NCBI RefSeq assembly: GCF_006345805.1
Contig: NC_043006.1
Location: 39,680,001 to 39,744,000, forward strand
DNA from: Octopus sinensis
Taxonomy: Eukaryota
Direction: 5' to 3'
DNA length: 64,000 nt
Shown here one piece after another: positions 1-15,052 of the stretch. Made by a program: the position numbers and the translations under genes. The notes beneath the pieces were generated by a model. It ran no database searches, was not told the DNA's origin, and saw only the letters and a list, made by a program, of their open reading frames with translations. How positions within the stretch are numbered: the stretch's first letter is position 1; the number at the start of each line of letters is the position of its first letter.

Positions 1-429
1 TTATGAGCCCACATGGTATTACATTCAAAGCGCTCTGTTACCTGAACAGTCAATTCTTGCTAAGTCATACAATGCCGCAAGATAACGACAACATTACATT
101 GTTTGTGAAATACAACGTGGAAGACTAATGCATTCTTCAAGTCCACCTGAGGCCTACTAAAAATAATCTCTACCATCTTTGATTTGGTCACAGTGAAAAT
201 ACCTTTGGTCATACGCCACTTAATAGGGTCCGACCTTGAATGATCAGCAACAAAAGGGAGTTAGAAAAGGTCAACAAAATCAATCAAGCAAACAACAGCT
301 TCCATATGATACAAGCTGCTATTACAAATGAATTGGAACTACGAGTAATCGAAATGGTTTGAACTTTCGTAATTTGTATAAATACACCTACACACAAAGC
401 AACGCACAAATACAGAAGCAGACAAACAT

Positions 430-778
430 TGTGTTCTGCTGCGAGTATTGCCTCTAAAATAATCGTCTATAATTGGAAGGAATTTCTGTTGAGTATAGAT
501 GTATTGTTTATAAACGTTAATCTTTCTAGTTTTGTCTTGTGATATGCGATGTTGTGGATTGCAATTAATGGACCTTGTCAGTGTATGATGCTCTGGCGGG
601 AGAATGCTGTACTTTTACCGCCAATATAACAATTGCAATCGTAATTCTGAAAGTTGTGACTTTCAGACTTGCAATCAAATCCATAAATAACATTGTTCAT
701 TAATAATACGATCCTGTGTTTACACGATTTTACTTCGTCATTAAGAAAGACGGTTTTAATTTTAGACTTTTGTTTCAA
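430..778 (-). pseudogene. Possible decayed GIY-YIG endonuclease fragment of a Penelope-like element
   Basis: ORF 578-778 reads ...NNVIYGFDC...CNCYIGGKSTAFSRQSIIH, resembling the PLE pattern NVIY..C..C...YIG.T......R...H. A frameshifted IILEAIL follows about 100 bp downstream. VIY-YIG spacing is longer than usual. Confidence 0.3.
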
Positions 779-1586
779 TATATTATTGGTGATAATTTAT
801 GGTATTGTATAATGGATTTTATGTTCAAATTTATGAGCTTATAGATAAGGTGTTCATCTATTCTATAGCTGCATGTATTTGATTTAAATGTGTTTTATGT
901 ACTTTAAATAGTTGTTGCTAATATATTTCTTGTGTTATAATTGTTCGTGTAGCATCTTATAGTTTCATTACCCGCCGTTGATCAATTAAATCTTAAATAT
1001 AGTTATTAAAATTTTCTTATCCGTGACAAGCCACAAGCATGTAAATCCACGAACTAATTACTAATGATCGATATGATTTATGTATTGATCTTAAACGTGA
1101 AAGTAGTAAATTTACAAGTCTTACTTATGCAGGACATACAAGTACCATAGTCGTCGCCGTCCCTCTATGCATTTACAACACACAGCGGTTGTAATGCACT
1201 ACAGCGTACAATGCGAAATGAAACTAAAGAGCAACATATAAATAGGTAACACACTTATATTTTCAGAATATTCCAGAAAGGATGAAAGCAATATACACAC
1301 TAAAACACAACAATGTTAAAATACATATTCAAACAATAAACCCTGGACACACACTGAAACACATGACTGATGACGTATGAGTCTTATCGAATATAAAATT
1401 TAGACTGTAAAACTTACACCAATCATATTGGCATCGCCTACTATATAGATGTGTGTGTGTGTGCGTGTGTACGTATGGGGGTGTGCGCGCGTGTGTGCGT
1501 TTGTGTGTGTGTTTGCGTACGTGAGCAGAGTTGATGTTTTAACCTACAATAAAATAAACTGAAGAGTAGTTACAGCACAATTCTAT

Positions 1587-1629
1587 ATGTATATATGTGT
1601 GTGTATACATACATACATACATATATATG

Positions 1630-1720
<91 letters not shown>
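1587..1720. repeat. (TA)n/(TACA)n microsatellite
   Basis: Directly visible dinucleotide run. Confidence 0.95.
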
Positions 1721-2250
1721 GTCAGGTCACTTTCGAATGCAATCCGTTGCATGGTCGGGTCGTTGCGACTAAACGGCAACCCCACCAAGCTCGCTTGGTG
1801 AGGAGGGTGTTTATTGGTCACCTTGCGGGATGAAAAACAAAACCCGTCAAAGGGCGGAGGAACTCTTGAGAATCAACGGCCATCCAATAAATGTCTTAAA
1901 GCTGTATAATGCGCGGGGACATAGAAATAATCGGATTGAATACCCGATCGCGCAGTTAAACCATTGGGAGTGAAGGACTCCTACCCTTTGTCAGGGCATC
2001 CTTCTAGGAGAAGGTAACTCAGGTAACTGGGATAACTCCGACATAAAACCTGCGGCTCAGTGGTTACCGATGATGTTGATTTGTTCTTCTTTTCGGATTA
2101 TGGCTGCTGTTGCTTAGTGAGTGGGCTTGACTCAGTGCACAGCCTTTCATCACTTTAAAAAAATATCTTCTTGCACAGGCATTGCACGATAACAACATTG
2201 ATTAAGCTTCGTGCAATGGCCATAATCGATAACGACGGGCCAGCCACCAT
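1720..2250 (+). mobile_element. About 530-bp non-coding interspersed element (family X), copy 1
   Basis: Near-identical reverse-complement copy at 5898-6429 with the same ends (atgtcagg... / ...gccaccat vs ...gccatcat). Both copies are flanked by TA-type microsatellite, and no ORF is present. Confidence 0.8.
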
Positions 2251-2252
2251 AT

Positions 2253-2345
<93 letters not shown>

Positions 2346-2446
2346 TTGCGTATGTACGTGGCTAGCGTGTATATATAATATATATATATATATACACGCT
2401 AGCCACATACATACGCATAATATATGTATGTATGTATGTATGTATG

Positions 2447-2746
2447 TATTGAAAAGGTTGGAAGACGCAACGAAAATTTTAGGAAAACCAAATAAGTAAA
2501 TGAGTGGAAACACTACCGTTAAATAACATGGCACTGAAAGAGAATGACTCTAACCAGACACAACAAAATATGCTTCAACACACGAACTCACATAAAGAAT
2601 CTTGTAAACCAAATCCAAAAACGAGTCTGGGGAGAGTAATTTTCTTTTAGTGCCATATTATTTAACACACACACCGGTAGTGTTTCCACTCATTTACTTA
2701 TTTATTTTTCCTAAAATTTTTGTTGCGTCTTGCCACCTTTTCAATA
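2447..2746. mobile_element. Foldback MITE with about 105-bp terminal inverted repeats
   Basis: tattgaaaaggttggaagacgcaacgaaaattttaggaaa... (2447-2551) is the reverse complement of ...ttcctaaaatttttgttgcgtcttgccaccttttcaata (2632-2746). Spacer is about 80 bp. Confidence 0.85.
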
Positions 2747-3261
2747 CATACATACATACATAGATGCGTAGATACATACATACAGGCAGTCAGACAGACA
2801 AGAGACAGAAAAACAGACAGACAAAGAGTAGTGTGCACGCGCCTATGTGACTAGAAGTACTAAGGAAAAGTAACTCTTATGCAGTAATGGTATGAATTTT
2901 AGATTAGAAACTCGGCTTCAGTGCGTGGCGAACAAAATTTCGTGCATGAAAATGTCTTGATATTTCTAAATGTATTAAAATTTTGGCCGTAGAGAGAAAT
3001 AATAAGATAACACATTAGCGCCAATTTTAGCAAAACTCCAAAAGAAAAGCATACGATTTGAAGAAACTGATCAATTTACCATTAAGTTAGTATTTTTAGA
3101 AGAAAATTCAATCTAATCTTTTTTTCCTAAGGCTAGATACAACTATAGACACGTGTCTTGGTACAGAATTTGGCCGGCCTAGTCATTTTAGCGTTGTTCT
3201 TACACATCTTCCATCAATCTTACACAATTTACCATGTATATATACACACGGAAAATTATAT

Positions 3262-4302
<1,041 letters not shown>

Positions 4303-5820
4303 CAGTCTTGGCCACTATTATGAAGTAGGTATGATAAAATAGAGAATATGATTGAAACTCATTTAGTTAATAATTGAAAACAGTATAATATACATCCTAA
4401 AGTCTATCTCATTAACAATTAGTATTCGATGTATCCTCCTTTTGCTTTTATAGCCGCTTTGATGCGTTATTGCATACTTGAGACTAAGTTTTTGCAAGTG
4501 ATTGGGTCAATTTTCTGCAACTCTCCATGAATTTAGGCTTCTAATTGTGTTTCTGAAGAGCATTTTTGCACCCTCACTTTTGTACCTAAGTGTCACAACA
4601 TGTTCAATAGGATTAAGGTATGGAGACTGAAGGGGCCATTTCATCACCCTCATCTCTTTCTCGTCACCAACCTATTGATATTCTGAATGTGTGGCATACA
4701 GCAATGATTTGTTGAATGATTATGCCATCTGGGATGTTATCATTGAAAATGTTAGCTAAGGAAGGTTGCTAAACTTGATCTAACATGCGGGTGTAAGTGA
4801 TAGAATTCATTCTGCCCTCACAAATGAACTACATTCATGGGCCTGAGGACGACATGCAACCCCCAACAATTACGCTTTCTAATCGAAATGTGGGTGCTGA
4901 TACCGCACATCCAAGTGGATAAGCCTCTCCACCTTTACGGCGAACATAAACAGTTCCAGGGGTTCCAAAGATCTGAAGAGAAAAAAACATTACCAATCAT
5001 TTTTGGTATCCAAGAAAAAATTTGTACAAGTGTAAAGATTGCAATTATGCCTAGTAAAGAGGTGGAAATGAATGTGGAGAACCTACAACAAAGTTACCTT
5101 CTTTAGACCAAACAACTTTATCCCAACCATCATCAGTCAAATCTTCATGATCTTTTGCCCAACACAATTGCTTCTTCATGTTCATCTCAGACAGCAACAG
5201 CTTCTTTTTGGCCTTATATTCATTTAGCACACCTTCTAACAACGTTCTTTTTCTGTGCGATTTGGTATATCTCTGTTTGCTGCCACCCAAAACTCAGCAG
5301 CTACGTCAAAAGAGCTCTTTTTCCTATCTGGCAGTGATGTCCTCTTCAGCAACATGCCTTCCCTTGTGGTTGTACATTTTTTTGTGACCTCGCCCTTTAC
5401 AGATTTTGAAAGAAACTGTCTCATCGTACCTTTTGAGGGACACCTTTCATCGAGCATTTCGATTTTCTTGCAAATTCAACTTGGTTGAATCCTTCACTTG
5501 ATAATGCAAGGATTTGCGACATTTGAGTTTTAGGAATCTATTTCTTTGTAGACATTTCAACAAATATTAACCACTGATAAGTGTTTAATGATATATTCAA
5601 TGAAAACATAGGTAATAAAGTTAGTGTCATATAATGTTTGGCAGAAAATTAACCAAGCCACTTTCGCCAATTTGGATGCAAAAACGCATAAAAGCAGTTC
5701 TAAATGCAAAAGGGGGATACATGAAACGCTAACAATCTATACGATAAACTCTAGAATATTTATTTTACTGTTTTCAATTATTAAATAAAAAGGTTACAAT
5801 CATTTTCTCTATTTAGTATA
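4303..5820 (-). mobile_element. Tc1/mariner (Tc1, DD34E-type) DNA transposon, decayed
   Basis: TA|CAGT terminus at 4301-4306. TIR 4303-4390 matches the reverse complement of 5761-5820, where the outermost part of that TIR is lost. A transposase remnant lies between them. Confidence 0.9.
4419..5555 (-). pseudogene. Tc1 transposase pseudogene
   Basis: Multi-frame motifs: KKCTTTREGMLLKRTSLPDRK (HTH linker); LCWAKDHEDLTDDGWDKVVWSKEGNF (first catalytic WSDE mutated); WPLQSPYLNPIEH at 4601-4638 (WPxQSPDLNPIE); C-terminus SMQ*RIKAAIKAKGGYIEY*. Stops and frameshifts are present. Confidence 0.92.
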
Positions 5821-5897
5821 TATGTATATATACAGCCCAGGTGGTATATATACATACACACATACATACATACACACATACATACATGCATACATAC

Positions 5898-6429
5898 ATG
5901 ATGGCTGCCCCCTCGTAATCGAGTATGGCCACTGCACGTGCAATGCCTGTGCAAGAAGATATTTTTTTAAGTGAGGAAAGGCTGTGCACTGAGTCAATCC
6001 CACTCACTAAGCAACAGCAGCCATAATCCGAAAAGAAGAACAAATCAACATCATCGGTAACCGCTGAGCCGCAGGTTTTATGTCGGAGTTATCCCAGTTA
6101 CCTGAGTTACCTTCTCCTAGAAGGATGCCCTGACAAAGGCTAGGGGTCCTTCACTCCCAATGGTTTAACCGCGCGATCGGGTATTCAATCCGATTATTTC
6201 TATGTCCCCGCACATGATACAACCTTAAGACATTTATTGGATGGCCGTTGACTCTCAAGAGTTCCCCCGCCCTTTGACGGGTTTTGTTTTTCATCCCGCA
6301 GGGTGCCCAATAAACACCCTCCTCACCAAGCGAGCTTGTGGGGTTGCCGTTTATTCGCCGACGACCCGACTATGCAACAGGTAGTACTGGGTTACACGTT
6401 ACCATTAGCACTCGAAAGTGTCCTGACAT
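5898..6429 (-). mobile_element. About 530-bp non-coding interspersed element (family X), copy 2
   Basis: Reverse complement of 1720-2250 with small indels. Confidence 0.8.
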
Positions 6430-6482
6430 AAACATACATACATATACATACATATATATGTATATATATACATACATATATA

Positions 6483-6525
<43 letters not shown>

Positions 6526-6562
6526 ATATATAGTAGCAGAAAGGAGGAATTTCGATAGGTGA

Positions 6563-6965
6563 TAAGAAACTGAAGAAAGAAAATTCACACACTTTACATA
6601 GTTTTAATCAAATTTTTGATATATCCCATATTGTGTTTGTCGATCAGATTCGCCTTCGCTAATCATGAAATTAGAATTTATTCAAATACGTATTTTCTTC
6701 CGAAAATATTTTTTGTCCATATTGTGTGTGGAGTTTATGAATGAAAGATTCAAGAAGAAAAAAATTTCAACTTGTTGAATCTTTCATTCATAAACTCCAC
6801 ACAAAACAAGGACAAAACAAACTTTTCTTAAGAAAATACATATTAAATAAATTTTAATGTAATGATTAACGAAGCAAAACCGGTCGACAAACACAATATA
6901 AGATATATTAAAATTTTTATTAAAACTATGCAAAGTGTGCCCATTTTTCGTCTTTAATTTCTTAT
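6563..6965. mobile_element. Foldback MITE-like element with about 190-bp imperfect arms
   Basis: Perfect inner inverted repeat gtgtggagtttatgaatgaaagattcaa / ttgaatctttcattcataaactccacac around 6725-6803. The outer arms (cacactttacatagttttaat... / ...attaaaactatgcaaagtgtg) are diverged, and TA repeats lie nearby on both sides. Confidence 0.8.
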
Positions 6966-7118
6966 ATATATATATATAATATATATATATAATTATATAT
7001 ATATATGATATATATATATTACAATAAAATACATATATATATATAGGTTCATATATATATATAACTATATACAGATACACACACATATATATATACATAT
7101 GCATATACACATAAATAT

Positions 7119-7151
<33 letters not shown>

Positions 7152-7447
7152 TATGCATATATACATAAACATATATATATATTTACATATATATGCATAT
7201 ATATAACATATATATATAAATACATACACATATATATACATATATATATATTCATATATATACACATATATATACATATATATATCTACTTATATATACA
7301 AACATAAATATACATATATATTACACATATATACATATTACATATATATATACACATATATATACATATATATCTACGTATATATATATATATATATAGA
7401 TATATGTTATATACACATATATACACACGCATATATACATATAATAT

Positions 7448-7502
<55 letters not shown>

Positions 7503-7506
7503 TATA

Positions 7507-7552
<46 letters not shown>

Positions 7553-7620
7553 TAGATAGATAGATAGATATATACATATATATATGTTCATATCTATAGG
7601 CATACATATGTAAAAACATA
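6966..7620. repeat. Compound (TA)/(CATA)/(GATA) microsatellite
   Basis: Directly visible. Confidence 0.9.
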
Positions 7621-8297
7621 AGTGGATAAAATATAGTGTGTAAGCGTGCAAAATAATAATTTATGAGCAAGCATTTTGCGCTTAACGATGCCGAACAATG
7701 TTTACAAGAAGACAGTTCAGTGAGTTTCAATTACCTTAAAGTAAGCAATTCCTTCATCCCCAATAATGGACAACAGCCCGAAATATCAACTTAACTCTCC
7801 CTTTTTTTTTTCTTTTTCTGTTGCCAAAACGGATATTAAAGCTTTTTCCCGTTTCAAACATCTGCCCATATATATATATAGACACAGGTCACACACACAG
7901 ACAAACATACACTCACATATATGTACACAAAAGTATTTACATGTATAATGTATACACCCGCAGTCAACAGTGCTTTCGATCTATAGCTGTTTTTATAGCT
8001 ATGTATTACTACATCGACTTCATGTCCTAAACGTCGGCCTGTTTAGAACACCTATAAAGAATTAGTATTGTATACTCCTTCGAGAATCATAGGCGAAGAG
8101 ATAACAATCGCATGGAGCAGAGGCTTTGACGAACGTTTCCGCTATTCTTGGTTGTAGCTATTTATTTTCACTTCGCTTATCATCACCCGAGAAAAATAGA
8201 AACTCTACACACTCTAATTACGTCTCCTCCCTACGCGCTTCATCTTTAATCTTTTATCAATCTCTGTCTAATCTACAGTTTAGTGTTTCTAACCTCC

Positions 8298-8298
<1 letters not shown>

Positions 8299-8355
<57 letters not shown>

Positions 8356-8601
8356 GGTGTTTATGTATTATGTATGTATGTATATAGATAGATAGATACA
8401 TATATATGTATGTGTATATATGTATATGTATATATAATAGGCATAATTATATATAATATATATTATATATATGTGTGTGTGTCCGTGTGTGTTTATGTAC
8501 ATATGTGCATATTCACGTATATATACATACATATATGCATGTGTGTATATATGTCTAAAGACCCACAAATTTGCAACGAATATATGTACCTATACACACA
8601 C

Positions 8602-8640
<39 letters not shown>

Positions 8641-8905
8641 CATATATATACATATATACAAACATATATACATATATATATATATATATATCTATAAATA
8701 TATTTATATATATGTATATAAATATATGTACATATGTATGTATGTATCTACCTACATATATATACACATACAAATATATATGTAATATATATAATACATA
8801 TGCACGAACACACAAATGTATATACATATATAAGAATGCAAATGTAAAAGATAAAGAATCGAAGTGCTATCATAAATACACACACATACCCCACCACACA
8901 CGCAC

Positions 8906-8975
<70 letters not shown>

Positions 8976-9020
8976 TTGTGTGTGAAAGATTGTGTGCGTG
9001 TGTTTATTTGTGTACATACA
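8299..9020. repeat. Compound (TA)/(CA)/(GT) microsatellite
   Basis: Directly visible. Confidence 0.9.
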
Positions 9021-9616
9021 TGCTAATCTTCTTCCAAATCATGGTGATCAATACAGCTGGTGTTTATATCGGTTTCTGTAGCATTAATCGAAAAAGAGAT
9101 AATAAATCATACCACGAGGATGAGGCTGATCTATTGTAGATATTTAAAATTATATATTCAAGCAAGAAGCAATGGAAACCATGGCGTTTACAGCTCTAAG
9201 TGCTGTCGATGCTGATATGGTTGATTTTTTTTCGCTTTGAACTTGTATAGGTCGACGACGCCTCTAAAAAATCTTTTCGTAGATGAAAAATTCCCGAAGG
9301 AGGAAGATTTTGTGCAGGATTACGGCAGAATAAGCGGTTGTTGTTGTTGATCTTTTGTTTCTCTTTGGCTCCAGATTGCCCTAATCAAAAACTCATCTGA
9401 TCAGCGCTAGTTCCACCAACGGCCGTTTGATATTTTCCACTGTTATGTCGTACTCTGGGCTACAATATTGGATGTGTTCTTAAGAAAGTATAGCGAGAAT
9501 TTAGTGAGATTTTTCTGTTTCTGAAATTATTAGCGAGCACGTAGAGAGTTTTTCCTTCAACTGTGATCGAATGTAGCTATAGTGCATCATGCTAGGTGAC
9601 AAGAGCATAATATATA

Positions 9617-9822
9617 TTTCTAGACTAGGCACATGGCCCGAAGGTTTTGGGGAGGGGGCCAGTCGATTAGATCAACCCCAGTACGCAACTGGTAATTAAT
9701 TTATCGACCCCAAAATGATGAAAGGCAAAATCGACCTCGGCGGAATTTGAACTCAGAAAGTAAAGACAGACGAATTACCGCTAGGCAGTTCACGTGATAA
9801 CTATTCTGCCAGATCGCCGCCT
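9617..9822 (-). mobile_element. tRNA-derived SINE family A (central ggtcgactttgcctttcatcc domain)
   Basis: Reverse complement has the head ggcggcg..ctggcagaa, B box gagttcaaattcc, and the conserved central domain shared with more than 10 copies in the window. Confidence 0.85.
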
Positions 9823-9837
9823 AAAGGGCATAATATA

Positions 9838-10051
9838 TTCTTTTCTACTCTAGGCACAAGGCCCAAAGTTTTGGGGAGGAGGCCAGTCGATTAGATCGAC
9901 TCCAGTAAACAACTGGTACTTAATTTATCAACCGAGAGAGGCTGAAAGGCAAAGTCAACCTCAGCGGAATTTGAACTCAGAATGTAAAGACAGACGAAAT
10001 ACTGCTAAGCATTTCGCCCGGCGTGCTCACGTTTCTGCCAACTCGCCGCCT
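9838..10051 (-). mobile_element. tRNA-derived SINE family A, second adjacent copy
   Basis: Same architecture as 9617-9822, separated from it by a copy of the target sequence. Confidence 0.85.
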
Positions 10052-10782
10052 AAAGAGCATAATATATTGTAGAAGCGATACAGAATAGCGAGTTTAAATA
10101 ATGTAGCAATATACTGTTTGGACCGCCATATCCATTTAGATTGAATCGTTAGCTCAAGAGATGACAATCTGTAAGTCGTCCACTTAATTTCCTTAGATGT
10201 GATTTCAATTCCCGTTGAAGATGAATTTTTCTGTTTTATGATTCTTATGAGGATATACTATTGTCAGATAAATTTCTTCCTTTTCTGCTTCAAACTCTAT
10301 GATCGTATATCCGAAAAGAGGTAAATATGATTCAAATTTCAAAGGCGATGAACGACATTTGTAGAGCAAGAACAAAGCTACAAAGTAAAGCAAGACAAAT
10401 CACAACGATAAAAATATTTTGCAACTTAATTGAAATAACATTGGAAATGATTAAAAATGAAAGTGGGAGGAACGAAGGAATTTATCTGGCAACCAAGCAA
10501 TATATACCAGTCGAGTGATTTCATGACTTTCATACAAGAGTTTATCTCCAGTTGTTTTTACTTTGTAACTCTGTTCAGCTTTACTCAAGTCAATATATGT
10601 AATATAGTCAATCGAATGTTCCCATTGTTTAGCAGTTGGTCTACGTTGTAATCAAAGATGTCCCAGCTAGAAGTCACCATTCATCTTTAGGCGTCAACCA
10701 GACAGGCTCACATAACACAATATGTCCTTTAAACGACGCTGTACCTGAGCAATATGTACCTACTAAAAGTTTCCTCTATTGA

Positions 10783-10833
10783 CGTCTTCTAATATATCAA
10801 CTGTACACTGAATACATTGGCCAGACTGGTCGC
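10783..10833 (+). pseudogene. Possible GIY-YIG (Penelope-type) motif remnant
   Basis: TSSN (one frame) then IYQLYTEYIGQTGR (10792-10833), matching PLE TSSNVIY...YIGQTGR with the C..C segment missing. The flanks do not continue the similarity. Confidence 0.25.
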
Positions 10834-11067
10834 CACAAGCTTTGGTTACTCTCAAATTCAAAGTTTCGGATACTTTTGACTGACGAGACAAAATATGTCT
10901 AAACAATAGAGTCTCAGAATTCCGTACTTCAAGGAGACGAGTGGGTTTGACACAGTATTTTACGTCTACTGCCTTTACGTGTGAAGAGTAAATATGAAGA
11001 TATTCACACACACACACACGCATACACACACATACGTTTGTGTGTGTGTGTGTGTGTGTGTGTACAT

Positions 11068-11350
11068 AGGAAGAGTGCATTGGATTAGTGGTTAGGATGT
11101 TGCATTCACGATATGCGACCGTGATTTCAATTCCTAGACCGAGTAACGTCGTGTGTTCTTCAGCAAAACATTTCATCTCAGGTTGCTCTGCCATCACTTC
11201 GACGTGTGGTACTCCGTCCCCCTGGTCAGATAACGTCGATTTGATAAAGAGAGTGAGCTAATGCGCGGCACGAACATTTAATCTCTATAAACAAATCTTT
11301 TGTATGCGTCGTTCGGCAAAAACTGAACGCTCATCCGTCGTTTTGGACGG
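11068..11350 (+). mobile_element. Diverged tRNA-derived (CORE-like) SINE
   Basis: A-box-like tggattagtggttagg and B-box-like gatttcaattcc, followed by gtgtgttcttcagcaaaacatttcatctc, which resembles the CORE segment. Confidence 0.55.
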
Positions 11351-11389
11351 GAGACTCCATCATATATGTACAAATATACATGGAACACA

Positions 11390-11404
11390 TACACATAGAT
11401 AGAT

Positions 11405-11494
<90 letters not shown>

Positions 11495-11495
11495 G
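11390..11495. repeat. (GATA)n microsatellite
   Basis: Directly visible. Confidence 0.95.
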
Positions 11496-12387
11496 TACAT
11501 ATATAGTGTTTCGTATGAGTAATGTGAGAAATGTAGTGACTGTTGGCAGGATCCTGTTGCCATAGACGGATGTGGTTGTTTTATTGCGTAACACGTTCGG
11601 ATTCATTTTCACACCTTCTAAACCGAACTGTTAATGAAACATGGTTTACACACCTTTTTTTAGTTTGGTAGGAGAACCAACTTATATTCATCCACATCTC
11701 AAAGGCTAGGTCATTTTATAGATGCATGAACTGAAATAATAGATGTATAAGAAGTACATGTAACAGCTCCGAGCAATACCTCAAATCGCAATATAAAGAC
11801 ATTGGAGTTTAAACACTTCCACTTTAGCTTAGCGTAAAGAAACTCTCACGGGAGACGTTTAGACCTTTTCAGCGAAGTTGTTTATTCGCTGTACACGTTC
11901 ATCCAAGATTATTTCGTAGTTTATTCAAATTTTCTCTTGCTTTGTCGGCGTTGATTATGTAGCTCATACATATATTACACATGAGATTAGTGGTGAACCC
12001 GGTTTCCATTAGGATGATGTACGCAAAGTACGCGTATGACATATTCATACGTTTACGTACACATATACAGACGTGTATTTTTGTTACCCATTCAGGCGCT
12101 GCATAAGCGTGGTTTGAATAATAAATACGATTCGATAAATTTGTGGTCAGATAGATGAACATTGTGTGACTTCAGTTAATATCGGGGTGGTCCGAAGACT
12201 AAGTGTTGAGTTGTGATCCCACGTCATCTTTTCATCAGCGATAATGGCGGAATGTTATTTGTAATGCTGGTTGAATAATTGCTGACTAATTTGTTGGCGG
12301 GAAACCATAGGGGCTAGATTATTAATTTATAAACCATTGGAGACTACACAAACACACGCGGCGCATATACACGCAAACATACATACG

Positions 12388-12450
<63 letters not shown>

Positions 12451-13915
12451 TAAATGTTTGTATGCATGTATATGTGTGTATATATATATATATATAAATA
12501 TACACACGCACATATATATATACACACATATAGAGACACAGATAGATAAATTGATAGATAGATAGATAGATACACATTCGCTCTCTCTCTCACATGCACA
12601 CAAACACACACATATATATAGACAATCCGTGGGTGGCACATGGAAAACCAAACTCAACAGAGCAACATACATGCATACATACATACATACATACATACAT
12701 ACATACATACATACATACATACATACATACATACATACACTCGCTAACACAGTATGGCGCTTCTCAATACCAGTGGAAACGCCATGTATATTTGTTTTAA
12801 AAAAATACTCAAAAATCTTCTATTTTTCGTCTTAATGATAATGGCTTCTTACATGCAATAAAATAACAATGGTTGCTCCAAACCCGATTCTCTAGAAGAA
12901 TGTAGAATTTTTGTTGATTCTGTTAACTGTTTTCTGATTTGTTTTTATTCTATTTTATAATTTTTTCTTTCTGTGCAAAGAACTAACAATTGCTTAAATA
13001 TTATTGCATGATAACTGAATTTTTTTCGTTTGTGTGCGTGTACAAGTGTGTGCGTTTTACGTGTGTATGTGTGCGTATGATTCCATACGTGTGCATGTGT
13101 GCGTGTGTGTGCGCGTATTCTTCTTTCATAGAATCTTTCGGTTGTCTGCATTCATGAACGGACCATTTGACAATAACGAAACAGAATATTTTGGGCCTAC
13201 AGGGGTTGACTTGATTTTCGAGTTTTATTTTTTTCCCTTTGCTTTTTCGTACGTTTGTTTCTTCATTTGTTATTCATATTTTTTTATGAGGCTTTATTGA
13301 ACTTTTGTATCTAAATAAGTGTATCTACGCGCGTTTTTCAGCGTATGTGTATATGTGTAGGTGTGTTTAAAATGGCGGTGGTAGCAGTGGGAAAATATAC
13401 TGTTTGCCTTGTAGGGAGATCTTGTGTATGAGCATGCGTGTGAATGTGAGCATGTATCAGTGTGCGTTTGTGTAAGAGATAAAATATAGTATGTATTATA
13501 TTCTTAGAAAATGATTACGTGTTCGCGCGCACTCGTGTGTATACGACCGTGTGTGTGTGCGTGTGTGTCTCTGTGTGTGTGTGTGTCTGTGTCTGTGTGT
13601 GTGTAGGTGGGGCGAGATGCTATGCTCTCATTAAATATATTATATAATTAGATGGTGAAACGTAGTTACTTCGGGCTAAAAAGGCGATATTACTTTTTCA
13701 TCTATGCTGCCGCTATGAAAAGAATGATGAATGAAGACATGAAGAGAGAAGGGAGCAATAAGAATGGGCAGAATGAAAGGAAAAAAGACGAAGATAAAAG
13801 GAATTAAAAATGAAATCAAATGGTAATTGCAAAGACTTGTTGCAAATATGAAGAATTTCTTTTAGTTATATTTTTGGCGAAACGAAAAAAAAAAAACAAT
13901 TGGAAGAAAATTAAA

Positions 13916-13973
<58 letters not shown>

Positions 13974-14159
13974 GAAGAGAGATTGAGTAATGAATAAACA
14001 CCGAGCGAAAGAAAAGGCGGCGAATATGGAAATATGCGGAGAGAGAAAGAAAAATGGCGTAGTGTATCATATGTCGACACAATTATTATTATAATCTAAT
14101 TTCTTTACGATAGATCGGGAAATATTCAAGGCTCCACCATATGTGTGTGTGAGAATATA

Positions 14160-14400
<241 letters not shown>

Positions 14401-15052
14401 ACTCACAAATATATATATGTAGATATACATACTCTGGATGGAAATTTTGTTCCAGAATATTTTGTGAGGTTTGTTATATCTTGTAGATATATATTTTTTA
14501 AATACCTACCGTCTTTTTAAAGTGCTCCATCGTTTATTTTGTTTTATTCTTTAATTACTATAATTAATTTTGGGTTTGTATGTGTATAAGCATGAATGCA
14601 CATCGAGTGGGGGAATGCGCATGTATTTATTATGAATATTATTTATATTTCTGCACTAAGTATGTATGTGTATATATATGTAGATATAAAAAGAAAGATT
14701 GAGAGAGAGAGAGAGAGAGATCTTTCTATTCATGAATATGTGTGGGTGGTCATATCTGTCCGTATAATCATGAATGAATTAATACACACACACACACACA
14801 CACACATGCATACGTGTGTGCGAGTGTTTTCATTATACTTTTACAAGAAGACAGACTACAATGGCTTCGTCCTGCGACCATCGAAAGTTCGAAGTCCCTG
14901 TCACCCCTCATCGTGTAAAAGCATAATAAATACAAACTCTTCAAAAAGTATTGAATAACCCTTTAGTTTAAATGTTATATTGTTTTTGTTTTAACTCGAG
15001 TTTCACTCAATATATACACATTATACATATACACACTCATATATATATATAT

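Noticed and set aside
60-260. Minus-strand peptide ...KWRMTKGIFTVTKSKMVEIIFSRP resembling a CR1/L2 RT C-terminus
   Set aside because: The similarity is limited to a short motif with no supporting upstream or downstream RT motifs.
1366-1400. ctgatgacgtatgagtcttatcgaat hammerhead-like string
   Set aside because: GAAA is replaced by GAAU and there is no convincing stem I or stem III.
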